Shown here in pieces: positions 26,409 through 39,145 of a stretch of DNA of 64,000 nucleotides; within the stretch, counting starts at the first letter, position 1; each line of letters starts with the position of its first letter. The position numbers were made by a program, and so were the translations under genes. This DNA is from Octopus sinensis (lineage: Eukaryota): NCBI RefSeq assembly GCF_006345805.1, contig NC_043012.1, forward strand, positions 16,430,001-16,494,000, in the 5' to 3' direction. Below the pieces are notes generated by a model. That model was not told the origin of the DNA. It saw only the letters and a program-made list of their open reading frames with translations, and ran no database searches.

Positions 26409-26932
26409 GTGAAATCCGGCTTTGCGCAGTCCCCGGGAACATTTTTTGTGGAAACTGGGTTCTCGAAGTTGTCATTAAGCTCTGCAGTAATTCTGGGAGC
26501 TATACTTTGGTTATCCTTTCTAATAATTCGCATAAGAGTCCGACGGTCCCTATCTGAAAGTTTTGGTTTTCTTCCGGAGTTATGTTTCGACAAGGAGGTT
26601 TTTCCCTCTTTCTCAAAGGCTGCCATTACTTTCGAGGCAGTACTTCTTGATACACCAAGCATTTCGGCTGTTTTCGTTACGCTAGCGCCTGCCATACAAG
26701 CACCAACAATTTGGCCTCTTTGAAAGTCCGATAGCTCTATCATTTTAATAAATTTTAATTACCTTTTTCTGATGGTATCTGAAAAGAAACTGCAATTTTA
26801 GCAAAACATATTAAGCAACACTATTAATAATTCAAAAACATAAAAATAAACTAGCTTTTGACGGTTTCATACATATTTCAAAATTATGATGCTATGATGC
26901 TAGGTGTTTCCATTATTTTGTCCAACCATGGT
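26409..26932 (-). mobile_element. Tc1-like transposon 5' part (TIR plus N-terminal HTH of the transposase), truncated at (TA)n
   Basis: ELSDFQRGQIVGA..GASVTKTAEMLGVSRSTASKV..SGRKPKLSDRDRRTL is a Tc1 paired-like HTH. TIR-like GGTTGGACAAAATAATGGAAACACC at the right end. Confidence 0.85.
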
Positions 26933-27665
26933 ATGTTTACATGTGATCAGGTTTAGCCGAATGGCTAAGAAATTTGTCTGACAATCACTAGTTCCATTTC
27001 ATAGGAATATTCAGCCAATTTACGCAATAGTTCAATGAACTGCTTCTCAAATTGTTCTGTGTGGTAAAAAGCTTGCGTTCCAACATGGTTCCACTGTGTG
27101 GTACGTAGGCCGAGTGCCTTCTATTTTGTCCTGTTTCTCATTCGTGACTTTATCAAAACCATAGAATTTTCTTGCTGATTATGATCCACAGGTCAGTCTG
27201 TGGAGTCGGGCGATTCCTTATATTTTGCCGTCATTGACAAAAGAGAACTGGATGGAGATTTCTACAATTTTGAAATAAAGACACAGTTCTTAATCGTAAT
27301 TTGTTTAGGTTTAAATCTGCAGACGTAGAATAATACACGCAGCGTTTACTTTGCAGAATAAAGTTATTTTAAAAGACATGATGGTCATGACTGGAATAAT
27401 TTTGATCAGAGCTGAACAACGATAATGATAATAATAACAACAGCCACCACTAATGTCGCCGCCAATAAAGGGGAGTTTTACGTCGTAATCCCGACGACTG
27501 CGACACCAGCTAAAAATCAACGATGTTCTGATAATGTTATCTCAGCTAGCAGAACAAGAAAGGTCCGAGTGCTTCTTCCACCTACTTGAACACTTTATCA
27601 GTATAAGAAGTGCGTTGGGTAACCACTTGGGGAACCTAGGTGTTGTAAGCATCTCGCTTTTTATA

Positions 27666-27915
27666 AGGTAGCGAGTTGGGAAAATCGTTACTACGCCTGG
27701 CAAAATGATTAGCAGTATATCGTTCTGATTTCAAATGCCGCCGGGGTCCACTTTGCCTTTCAATCCTTTCGAGGCCAAAAATATAAGGATCAGTTGATCA
27801 CTGGGGTCGATCAAATCGACTTGCTCCTTCCTAGATCGAATTTGCGCTTGTGGACAGTTGAACGAATTTGCTTAAATGGACAGTTGATAAAATATTGCCG
27901 GCCTTGTGCCAGAAA
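27666..27915 (+). mobile_element. Older SINE of the Tx1-targeted family (alternative tail) containing two 26-bp satellite units
   Basis: AGGTAGCGAGTTGG..GATTTCAAATGCCGCCGGGGTCCACTTTGCCTTTC..CTGGGGTCGATC..GGCCTTGTGCC, with satellite units at ~27833-27890. Confidence 0.7.
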
Positions 27916-27949
27916 CTAAATGGACAAAATATGGAGAACTTGCGACAGG

Positions 27950-28335
27950 TAGGCGCAGGTATGTCTATGTAATGAAGAAATTTGCGTCGTAATCCTATGG
28001 TTTCGGTTTCAGTCCCACTGCCCTGTATCGTGGGGGATAGAGTCTTCTCAATTAGATCTACGTTGACCAATGCCTTGTGAGTGGATTTGGTAGATGGAAA
28101 CTGTAAGAAGCTTGTCGTTTGTGTGTGTGTGTGTGTGTGTGTATTTGTTGTGTTTGTCCTCGTACCGCTTGACAACCGGTATTGGTTTGGTTACGTACTC
28201 GCAACTAGTGCGGTAAAACAGACTGATGAAATAAGCACCAGAATTGAAATAAATACTAGTGTCTACTTGTTCGATTAACGCACAACGCGGTGCTCCAGCA
28301 TGGCCTGTAGTTGAAATGACTGAAACAAGTATAAA
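27950..28335 (+). mobile_element. CORE-type composite SINE, decayed
   Basis: Matches 22663-23080 along its length. Confidence 0.8.
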
Positions 28336-28419
28336 AAAATAATAACGAAATTAAGTAACAAAATATGATTTAAGAGAGAAGAATGTAAATATAAAAATGT
28401 TTTGTAGTGCTTTAAAGTC

Positions 28420-28870
28420 TGGGGTACATTTGACACCAATTTCCAGGAGAATAAGACTGGCTGCTAGACAATACGAAATCGTAATCATCCAAGTTCATGC
28501 TTCAATAAGCGAAGAAATGAGGAAATTCTAAGATCTACAAAGAAACAATGGAAAACGAAATCAAATGACACACTTATAATTCAAGGTGACTGACTAGTAA
28601 GATTATTTGAATTTTCAAAACCGCACAAACAAATTATAGCAAATACGATACATCGCTGCACAAACCATAGAAAAACAAGAGCATGGCTTTCACCTGGAAG
28701 GCGATCGATTATATTCCGTCTTGCAAAAGAATTCAGTTAAATATAAGTGGAATTAAAACTGGCAGGGTTTTCTGTTTGATGGTTTCCGGAGGCAGCGATC
28801 ACGATCTTTTAATGATGGCAACAATTAATTTTAAATCGGCGAAGAAGAAGCAAAAGGAAAGATTTTGAGG
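28420..28870 (+). mobile_element. Decayed APE endonuclease remnant of an RTE-like LINE
   Basis: Fragmentary motifs IVIIQVHAS, LIIQGD, FTWKAIDYI and GSDHDLLM. Confidence 0.55.
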
Positions 28871-29057
28871 GAAATTTAAAGAGTTGAAGATGACGGCAAA
28901 ATATAAAAACATAAATGGAATGGAAATACCAATTAAAATTATTATTATGCAGGCTGAATCGAATAAAAACCGAAATAACTCAGCATTGTTTCTTCTAGAT
29001 AATAAAGTTCTGAGTTCGAATTCCATCGCTATACTGTGCAGACGATCGCGTGTGTTT

Positions 29058-29765
29058 GATTGGACAGTTGATCGAATTTGCACTAGCAGACAGTTGATCG
29101 CATTTGCACTAGTGGACAGTTCATCGAATTTGCACTAGTGATGAGTTGATCGAATTCACGCTTGTGGACAGTTCATCGAATTTTCACTAGCGGACAGTAG
29201 TCGAATTTGTGCTTGAGGACAGTTGATCAAATTTGCGTTTGTGGACAGTTGATCGAACTTGCGTTAATGGACAGTTGATCAAATTTGCACCAGTGGACAT
29301 TGCACGTGTGGACAGCTGATAGGATATGCGTAAGTGGACAATTGATAGGATTTGCGCTTGTGGAGAGTTGATCGAATTTGTGCATGTGGACAGTTAATCG
29401 AATTTGCGCTTGTAGACAGTTAATCAAATTTGCACCAGTGGACATTGCACTAGTGGAGAGTTGATCGAATTTGCGCTTGTGGACAGTTAATCGAATTTGC
29501 ACTTGTGGACAGTTAATCGAATTTGCGTTTGTGGTCAGTTGATCGAATTTGCGCTAGAGGAGAGTTGATCAAATTTTAACTGGTGGAGAGTTGATAGAAT
29601 TTGCACTAATGGACAGTTGATTGAATTTGAGCTTGCAGACAGTTGCTCGAATATGCGCTCGTGCACAGTTGATCAAATTTGCACTAGCGGACAGTTGATC
29701 AAATTTGCGCTACTGGACAGTTGATCGAATTTTCCATAAGCGCAAATTCGATCAACTGTCCACAA
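29058..29765 (+). repeat. 26-bp satellite array, block 1 (AGTGGACAGTTGATCGAATTTGCGCT consensus); orientation flips at ~29737
   Basis: Tandem 26-mers directly visible; the last unit is inverted (GCGCAAATTCGATCAACTGTCCAC). Confidence 0.95.
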
Positions 29766-30554
29766 GCACTAATTCACAAGTACTGAATTCATACTATAGC
29801 GCAAGGTTTGTAATTTTGAGGGAGATAGGAGCAGGTTGATTGTATCGATCTCAGTACGTTATTGGTGGTTATTTTATTGAAACTCGAAAGGATGAAAAGC
29901 AAAGTGGACTGGGCTGAAATTTGAACTGAAAATTTGCTAGAGTAAATTAGATGTACAGTCCGTAAGAGTATAATGAAACTTTTAATAATTCTGCTTGATT
30001 CTCCGTTACTTAGTCCGTCCGTAACACATCCATGTGATTAGTTCTAGGAGAGAGGGGGAGAGCTGTGAAGGAATTGGGAGGGGTTGTGGTGAGTGAAATG
30101 CGTAAAGTTTTAAAACTAAGTTTATCTTCCGTTACTTAGCCCGCCTGTAACGCTTTCACGTGATTAGTTGAAAGGAAAGGCGAAGAGCGAAAGAAAAAGG
30201 ACAGATAAGAAGTGGATAAGTTGAAGAATGAGAGAGAAAGAGGGAGAGTGCTGTGTATTATGACTATAAAATTGTGCATAAAGTACACAAAGTGTATATA
30301 TAGAGTATATTTAAAGTGATTATAAAGTATATGAAGTGTATATATAAAGTGCATTAAGTAATTATGGTATTCCAGTTTCCTTCACTTCCCAATGTGTTGC
30401 AGATGAGTACCTATCATTCCATACAGACACAACGCAGATTATTGTTTCAGGTTTTTTCGATAAAGTTTTCAGAAATTGCCCAATATGTTTGCCATTAATA
30501 GTGTGAAATATTTACGGGCCCCGCTAATCAATAATAAATTGTTGGCAAAGGTGA

Positions 30555-31922
30555 GTTTGACCAACTGTTTGCTGGCGCACATTCGATCAACTATCCACTT
30601 GGGCAAACGTGATCAGCGGTCTACTCGAGGAAATTCCATTAGTTGTCCAATTGAACCAATTAGATAAAATGTCCATAAGCGCAAAGTCGACCAACTGTCC
30701 TCTGACACAAATTTGTTCACGTGTCTACATAAATAAATCCAATCAATTATCCATTAGATTTTATTCAATCAGATGTCCTTCAGCGCAGAACAGTTGTCCA
30801 ATTGAGCTAATTCGTTCAACTGTATCTCTGAACAAATTCGACACTCTCTCTTATCTATCTATCCGCTCAATCGAAGTCGACTCTCGGTTACTCGTTGGAT
30901 CAGTGTCCTCCAGTCAGTTTTATCCTGGGCCGCTTCTTTCAGATTGGCTATATCCATTCCGGTATCACTCTTGATGATGTCAAGCCAGCGGGTTCTTAGT
31001 CGGCCTCTTCCTCTCTTGCCACTGACCATTCCGAGCATGATGTCCTTCTCCAGGGATTTTCTCCGCATAATATGACCGAAATATGCCAATCTATGCTTGG
31101 TGATCTTAGCTTCTAGCGACATTTTCGGCCTGATCTGCTTAAGAACTTCTCCATTGGTGAGCCTCGCTGTCCATGGAATCCGTAAAAGTCTTCTCCAACA
31201 CCAAAGCTCGAATGCATTAATTCTCTTCTGATCAGCTTTCTTTGGTGTCCAGGTCTCGCATCCATATGTTGCTATTGGGAAGACAATTGCATTCACCAAT
31301 CTGCATTTGGTAGCGAGTCTGATGTCTCTACTCTTCCAGACCCTGCTCATGCTGACCATTGCCTCTCTGCCTAGTACTATCCGCCGTCTTATTTCTGGAG
31401 TGCAGTCACCATCTCGATTTATTTTGGAGCCAAGGAAGATGAAATCATCAACCACTTCGATCTCTTCATTATCAATCTTGATGTTGATGTTCGTTGTGGC
31501 TGCTGTTGACATGATCTTCGTTTACTTAACACTTAGCTGGCGCAAATTCGATCGTCCGCTAAAGCAAATTCGATCAACTGCCCACGAACGCAAATTCGAT
31601 CAACTGTCCTCTGACGCAAATTCGATCTGCTGTCCACTAGCGCAAATTCACTCACCTGTCCAATAGCTCATATTCGATCTACTTACCACTAAATCAAATT
31701 CGATCAACTGTCCACTTGTGCACATTCAATCAAACTGTCCACATGTACAAATTCGATCAACTCTGTACTAGCGCAAATTCGATCAAATTTACTAGCGTAT
31801 ATTCGATCAACTGTCCAGTAAAGCAAATTCGGTCAACTGCCCACTGAAGCAAATTCGATCAATTGTCTACTAGCGAAAATTCGATCAACTGTCCACTAGC
31901 GCAAATTCGATCAACTGTTCAC
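30555..31922 (-). repeat. 26-bp satellite in inverted orientation, interrupted by the RTE insertion
   Basis: Degenerate units at 30555-30840 and clean units at 31535-31922 (GCAAATTCGATCAACTGTCCACTA). Confidence 0.85.
30843..31530 (-). mobile_element. 5'-truncated RTE-clade LINE (C-terminal ~217 aa still open)
   Basis: FIFLGSKINRDGDCTPEIRRRIVLGR, YGCETWT, FELWCWRRLLRIPWTAR, YFGHIMRR and GKRGRGRLRTRWLD are RTE/BovB-type motifs; the stop runs into a (GATA)n tail. Confidence 0.9.
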
Positions 31923-33712
31923 GAGAGTGTTTTGTGGACACCCCCAGATGATGAAGTAGGCTAGTCCAATACGTAGATATAGAGGGAGAAGGCTAGACAT
32001 GAGAGAGGAGTAGAGAGGAGTTGAGTTGAGTATCGGATTTTGTAGTTGATAGGCGTTATTTTTGAAGTGGACTTATTGAAGTCGGAGTGTTATTGTGAGT
32101 TGTGCGTCAATTAATTGTTGAATTTTGCTGTTTGTTATTATTGTGAATTTTTTGTGAAATTTCGTTGTGTTGATTTTTCCCGTTGAGGAAAATGGAGACG
32201 GCGCCAGCGGGCGGCCATAGTTATGCAGCCGCAACTGGAAAAGGAACAGAAGAGAAGATGTTAGAGACCTACGAGATCAAGGTTGAACCAAGAAAGATGA
32301 AGGAATGCGAAGAAAAGGAGGGCCTGACGTTGAAGTTGACGCCTCCGGCTGAGCTGACAAACAGCATAGTAAAGAGAACTGTCACCTACAAGACAATGAG
32401 AATCGCGACAAGAAAAATAGAGGTTGCATCTGTGGAGGAAATAGAAAAAGTATTGGAGAACATGAAAAAAGCTGATAGTCTTTAGAACGAGAGGAAGAAA
32501 GTATGCCACGGTGAATGTACGCTTCACATCGGAAGAGGAGGCAATTAAGCATGCAACGAAGGCAATACACTCAGAGGATTGGATACTTTTGCCGTAATAC
32601 TGTGGCAAACGCGTGGCTAGAGTACGAATAGTACAAATACCCCCTGAACTGGAAGAGGCATGGCTCATGACAGCCATAATGTATAACATGCAGGACTACT
32701 GGGGCTATGGGATAGAACTTACTATCCAAGCAACTGTGGACGATCTAAATAGGATTGTGGAAGAAATAGTGCTGCTTGACGGCTTTGCACTGAGAACTAA
32801 AGTGGAAGGCAGGCCGCCTGTATGCTTTGGATGTGGAGAGAAAGGCCACATGAAGGCGAGGTGCCCACAGAGAGAGAGCAGAAAGAGACACAAGAAGGTG
32901 TGAAACAGGCAGTATAGGTGGGAAATGAAGAGAAAGCGGCGGAGGAGGGATTCACGCTGGTTGAAAGAAAAAGAAGAAGAAGCGGAAGAGTAAGCCCGCC
33001 ACCGACTAACCAGAAAAAGAAGAAAGAAGGGGTGGAAAAGAAAGATGAGATGAGAAGGAAATCTGACAAAAGTATGGTGGAGAAAGAAAGTGGGAAAATA
33101 ATTAGTAAGGTGTGCGAGAACGAATTACAGGAGGAAACAAGGTTGAAGACGTCAGTGGATTTAGCGAAGGAGAAAGATTCTGGAGCGCAACTACACGATG
33201 GTGAGATGGAAAAATTGTTCACAGTAGAGACAGAGAAGGAGACGATGTCAAAACCAGAGGGAGAGAGTACTCAGCAGATATATACAATAAGTGAGATGGA
33301 AAATACAGAAAAGAGAAAGCCTAAAAGATGGAAGAACATGTGGAATTTCGTAACTTATGCCAAAAACAAGGAAGTTGAAAAGAGAATTATAAAATTTAAA
33401 CATATCATAAGAGTAAAATTACCCAGCGACACATACTCAGAAAACGTCAAGGCCATTGTGGTCGATAAAGAGACTTATAAGAGACTCGTAGAAATGTGCG
33501 GAAGTAGGATTGACCTAGCAGGAGTATTGGTGGAGTTCGACGAACTACCACCAGTAATCAAACTTACAGATCTGGAGCCTTATAGGAGGCATTAAAAGGA
33601 GGGAAAAAGAGTAAGTAAAGTTACTTTGTTTAAAAAAAGGAAAAAAGAAGGGAAAAAAGTGCTTCGAAGGAAATAGAGTAAAAAACCGACAATTAAGAAA
33701 AAACAACAGACA
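31923..33712 (+). mobile_element. Tx1-related element encoding only a disrupted gag-like ORF1 (32192-33595)
   Basis: SYAAATG, RGRKYATVNVRF, RVRIVQIPPE and VEGRPPVCFGCGEKGHMKARC (CX2CX4HX4C knuckle) align with ORF1 of the 53-58 kb element. One frameshift and two stops. An A-rich 3' end follows, with no ORF2. Confidence 0.8.
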
Positions 33713-33897
33713 ATATAACATGATTGTAAGAACAGTTTGTACAAATATTCAAATGGTACTGTATGAGGAGTGGGGCCCATGCAAGTGATTTCATGTTTTG
33801 GCGCAAGGTTTGCAATTTGAGTGATATCAGGGTAAGTTGATTGTATCGATCTAAGTTCTTCATTGATAGTTATTTTATAGAAACCAGAAATGTTGAA

Positions 33898-36800
33898 CGG
33901 CAAATTCGCCACAGGTGTAAATTCGATCAAGTGTCCACTAGAGAAAATTCGATCAACTGTCGTCTGATGCAAATTCGATCTAATTTCCACTAAAGCAAAT
34001 TCGATCAAGTGTCCACTGGAGTAAATTCGATCAACTCTCCACTGGCGTAAATTCGATCAACTGCACACAGGTGTAAATTCGATTAAGAGTCAACGGGTGT
34101 AAATTCGATCACCTGTCCACTTGTGCATATTCGATCAAATGTGCACTAGCGAATTGATCGAATTTACACTAGTGGACAGTTGGTCGAATTTCCGCTAGTG
34201 GACAGTTGATCGAATTTGCACTAGTGGACAGTTGATCGAATTTTCACTAGTGGACAGTTGATCGAATTTAAGCTAGTGGACAGTTGATGGAATTTGCATT
34301 AGTAAACACTTGATCGAATTTTCGCAAGTGGACAATTGATAGAATTTTCACTAGTGGACAATTGATCGAATTTACATCAGGGGACAATTGATCGAATTTA
34401 CACCAGTGGACAGTTGATCGAATTTTTGCTAGTGGACAGTAGATCGAATTTTCGCTACTGGACAATTGATCTAATTTACACCAGTGGACAGTTGATCGAA
34501 ATTCCGCTAGTGGACAGTTGATCGAATTTGCACTAGTGGACAGTTGATTGAATTTTCACTAGTGGACAGTTGATCGAATTTACACAAGTGGACAATTGAT
34601 CAAATTTACACCAGTGGACAGTTGGTGGAATTTGCAGAAGTGAACAATTGATCGAATCTACACCGGTGAAAAGTTTATCGAATTTGCGCTAGTGGACAGT
34701 AGATGGAATTTTCGCTAGTTGACAGTTGATCGAATTTGCGCTAGTGGACAGTTGATCGAATTTTCACTAGTGGACAGTTGATCGAATTTACACCAGTGGA
34801 CAGTTGATCGAATTTTTGCTATTGGACAGTTGATCGAATTTACACAAGTGGACAGTTGATCGAATTTACACCAGTAGACAGTTGATCGAATTTTCGCTAG
34901 TGGGCAGATGATCGAATTTTAGCTAGTGGACAGTTCATGGAATTTGCACTAGTGGACAGTTGATAGAATTTGGACAAGAGAACAATTGATCAAATTTAAA
35001 ACAGTGGACAGTTGATCGAATTTGCCCTTGTGGACAGTTGATCGTATTTGCGAGAGTGGACAGGTGATCGAATTTTCACTTGTAAACAGTTGATAGAATT
35101 TTCGCTAGTGGACAGTTAATAGAATTTGCACTTGGGGACAGTTGATCGAATTTTCGCAAGTTGATCGAATTTTCACTAATGAATAGTTGATTGAATTTGC
35201 GCTAGTAGACAGTTAATCGACAGTTAATCGAATTTTCATTAGTGGACAGTTGATTGAATTAACACCAGTGAACAGTTGATCGAATTTTCGCTAGTGGACA
35301 GTTGACCGAATTTTAGCTTGCGTACAATTGATCGAATTTACACCAGTGGACAGTTGATCGAATTTTCGCAAATGGAGAGTTGAACGAATTTGCACAAGTA
35401 GACAATTGATCGAATATACACCAGTAGACAGTTGATCGAATTCACACAAGTGGACAATTGATCGAATTTACACAAGTGGACAATTGATCGAATTTACACC
35501 AGTGGACACTTGAGCGAATTTGCGCCGGTGGACAGTTGATCGAATTTACACAAGTGGACAGTTGATCGAATTTTCACTAGGGGACAGTTGATCGAATTTA
35601 CAGAATTGGACAGTTGATCGAATTTACACAAGTGGACAGTTGATCGAAATTTTCGCTAGTGGACAGTTGATCGAATTTTCCCTGGTGGACAGTTGATTGA
35701 ATTTTCCCTGGTGGACAGTAGCTCGAATTTACACAGGTGGACAATTGATCAAATTTACACCAGTGGACAGTTGACCGAATTTTCTCTAGTGGACAGTTGA
35801 TCGAATTTTCACCAGTGGACAGTTGATCGAATTTTCCCTAGTGGACAGTTGATCGAATTTACACCAGTGAACAGTTGATCGAATTTGCGCTAGTGGACAG
35901 TTGATCGAATTTACACAAGTGGACAGTTAATCGAATTTTCCCTGGTGGACAGTTGATCGAATTTACAACAGTAGACAGTTGATCGACTTTTCGCTAGTGG
36001 ATAATTGATCGAATTTACATCGATGGACAGTTGATCGAATTTGCGCTAGCGGACAGTTAATCGAATTTGCGCTAGTGGACAGTTGATCGAATTTTCATAA
36101 GTGGAGAGTTGATCGAATTTCCACCAGTGGACAGTTGATCGAATTTTCGCAAGTGGACAGTTGAACGAATTTGCACAAGTAGACAATTGATCGAATATAC
36201 ACCAGTGGACAATTGATCGAATTTACACTGGTGGACAGTTGATCAAATTTTAGCTAGTGGACAGTTGATCGATTTTGCGCTAGTGGACAGTTGATCGAAT
36301 TGACACTAGTGGACATTTGATCGAATTTACCCCAGTTGACAGTTGATCGAATTTTCGCTAGTGGACAGTTGATCAAAATTTACACCAATGGAATTTTCAG
36401 AAATGGACAGTTGATCGAATTTACACCAGTGGTCAGTTGATCGAATTTTCGCTAGTGGACAGTTGATCGAATTTACACCAGTGGACAGTTGATCGAATTT
36501 GCGCTAGTGGACTGTTGATCGAATTTACACAAGTGGACAGTTGATCGAATTTTCCCTGGTGGACAGTTGATCGAATTCACAGCAGTGGACAGTTGATCGA
36601 ATTTGCGCTAGTGGACAGTTGATCGAATTTACACCTGTGGACAGTTGATCGAATTTGCGCTAGTTGACAGCTGATCGAATTTTAACTAGTGGACACTTGA
36701 TCGAATTTTCGCAAGTGGGCAGTTTATCCAATATGCACAAGTGGACACTTGATCGAATTTACATCAGGGGACAGTTTATCGAATTTTCAATAGGGGAAAG

Positions 36801-38010
36801 TTGATCGAATTTACACAAGTGGAGAATTGATCGAATTTACACCAGTGGACAGTTGATAGAATTTGCGTTAGTGGATAGTTGATCGAATTTTAACTAGTGG
36901 ACAGTTGATCGAATATGCACAAGTGGACACTTGATCGAATTTACATCAGTGGACAGTTTATCGAATTTTCAATAGGGGAAAGTTGATCGAATTTACACAA
37001 GTGGAGAATTGATCGAATTTACACCAGTGGACAGTTGATAGAATTTGCGTTAGTGGATAGTTGATCAAATTTTAACTAGTGGACAGTTGATCGACTTTGC
37101 ACAAGCGGACAATTGATCGAATTTACACCAGTAGACAGTTGATCGAATTTGCGCTAGTTGACAGCTGATCGAATTTTAACTAGTGGACACTTGATCGAAT
37201 TTTCGCAAGTGGACAGTTGATCGAATATGCACAAGTGGACACTTGATCGAATTTACATCAGTGGACAGTTTATCGAATTTTCAATAGGGGACAGTTGATC
37301 GAATTTACACAAGTGAACAATTGATCGAATTTACACCAATGGAGAGTTGATCGAATTTTCGCTAGTGGACAGTTGATCGATTTTGCGCTAGTGGACAGTT
37401 GATCGAATTGATACTAGTGGACATTTGATCGAATTTACCCCAGTTGACAGTTGATCGAATTTTCGCTAGTGGACAGTTGATCAAAATTTACACCAATGGA
37501 ATTTTCAGAAATGGACAGTTGATCGAATTTACACCAGTGGTCAGTTGATCGAATTTTCGCTAGTGGACAGTTGATCGAATTTACACCAGTGGACAGTTGA
37601 TCGAATTTGCGCTAGTGGACTGTTGATCGAATTTACACAAGTGGACAGTTGATCGAATTTTCCCTGGTGGACAGTTGATCGAATTCACAGCAGTGGACAG
37701 TTGATCGAATTTGCGCTAGTGGACAGTTGATCGAATTTACACCTGTGGACAGTTGATCGAATTTGCGTTAGTGGACAGTTGATCGAATTTTAACTAGTGG
37801 ACAGTTGATCGAATTTTCCCTGGTGGACAATTGATCGAATTTACACCAGTGGACAGTTGATTTAATTTGCGCTAGTTGACAGTTGATCGAATTTTAACTA
37901 GTGGACAGTTGGACGAATTTGCACAAGCGGACAATTGATCGAATTTACACCAGTGGACAGTTGATCGAATTTTCGCAAGTGGACAGTCGAACCAATTTGC
38001 ACAAGTAGAC
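33898..38010. repeat. 26-bp satellite main array (~4.1 kb): minus orientation 33898-34150, plus orientation 34153-38010
   Basis: Continuous tandem 26-mers with a constant GTGGACAGTTGATCGAATTT and a variable 5-6 nt segment; higher-order duplications of 182 bp and ~1108 bp. Confidence 0.97.
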
Positions 38011-38167
38011 AAATTCTAAACCTAAATATTTTATTTGAAATTTTATCTGTAGCTGCAATATTTTAAGTAGAAATTTTCAATGTTCCGTACTTTATCAGAC
38101 GTAATAACTTGTACTTTTCAAGTTTATTTCTCTTGCTCGCATATTCCATATAATACACACACAATCA

Positions 38168-38432
38168 CCAAGATCGGTTGTCAAGCGGTGGTAGGCACAG
38201 ACACAACACACAAATCCACGCCCACAGTTAGCCCCCCCCCCACACACACACACACACAAGTATATATACGACGGGCTTCTTTAAGTGTCCATCTGCGAAA
38301 TCTATTTATAAGGCTCTTGTTGTCCTGAGGCTATAGTAGAAGACACTTGCCCTAGGTGCCACGCTATGGGACTGAACTCGGAGTCATGTAGTTGGGAAGC
38401 AAGCTTCTTTACCATGCGGCAATGCCTGCGCC
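38168..38432 (-). mobile_element. CORE-type SINE, partial
   Basis: Reverse complement of the 22663 head and internal modules. Confidence 0.75.
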
Positions 38433-38687
38433 TCATATCAAGAATATTTCTTTTTCTCTTCTAGAACATAGAGAATGGTATTGTGCACGTGAGAGGAGTC
38501 ATCTGTTACAATCCATTAAACACTCGCTCATGTATCAACATTAACACGTCTGCTCGCATGCACACATGCATATGCTCATACGCATACTGACAAGAAAGGA
38601 GACATCCCATGCAAGTGGATTAGGAACAGAGAGAACGAATAAAAGAGGATGAGGAAGGAAGGTAGAAAGCAAGCAAGAAAGAGAGAA

Positions 38688-38690
38688 GGA

Positions 38691-38738
<48 letters not shown>

Positions 38739-38773
38739 AAAGTCGATTCCTATATAAATTGATTCAGGAATCG

Positions 38774-38855
<82 letters not shown>

Positions 38856-38897
38856 AAGATAGATAGATAGATGGATGGATGGATTGATGGATGGATG

Positions 38898-38990
<93 letters not shown>

Positions 38991-39078
38991 ACTGAATTGT
39001 GAATTGATATATAAAAGAAAGAACGAACGAACGAACGAAAGAACGAACGAACGAAAGAACGAACGAAAGAAAGAACGA

Positions 39079-39129
<51 letters not shown>

Positions 39130-39145
39130 TGAGGATGGATGGATG
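38688..39145. repeat. (GAAA)n/(GATA)n/(GGAT)n/(GAAC)n microsatellite
   Basis: Visible. Confidence 0.95.

Noticed and set aside
32918-33595. 225-aa charged ORF as a host gene
   Set aside because: It is in frame with the upstream zinc-knuckle ORF past a single stop, so it is the C-terminus of the element's ORF1.
34153-38010. CRISPR-like look of the constant-plus-variable array
   Set aside because: The variable part is only 5-6 nt from a small recurring set, there are no unique spacers or cas genes, and the context is eukaryotic; it is a satellite.
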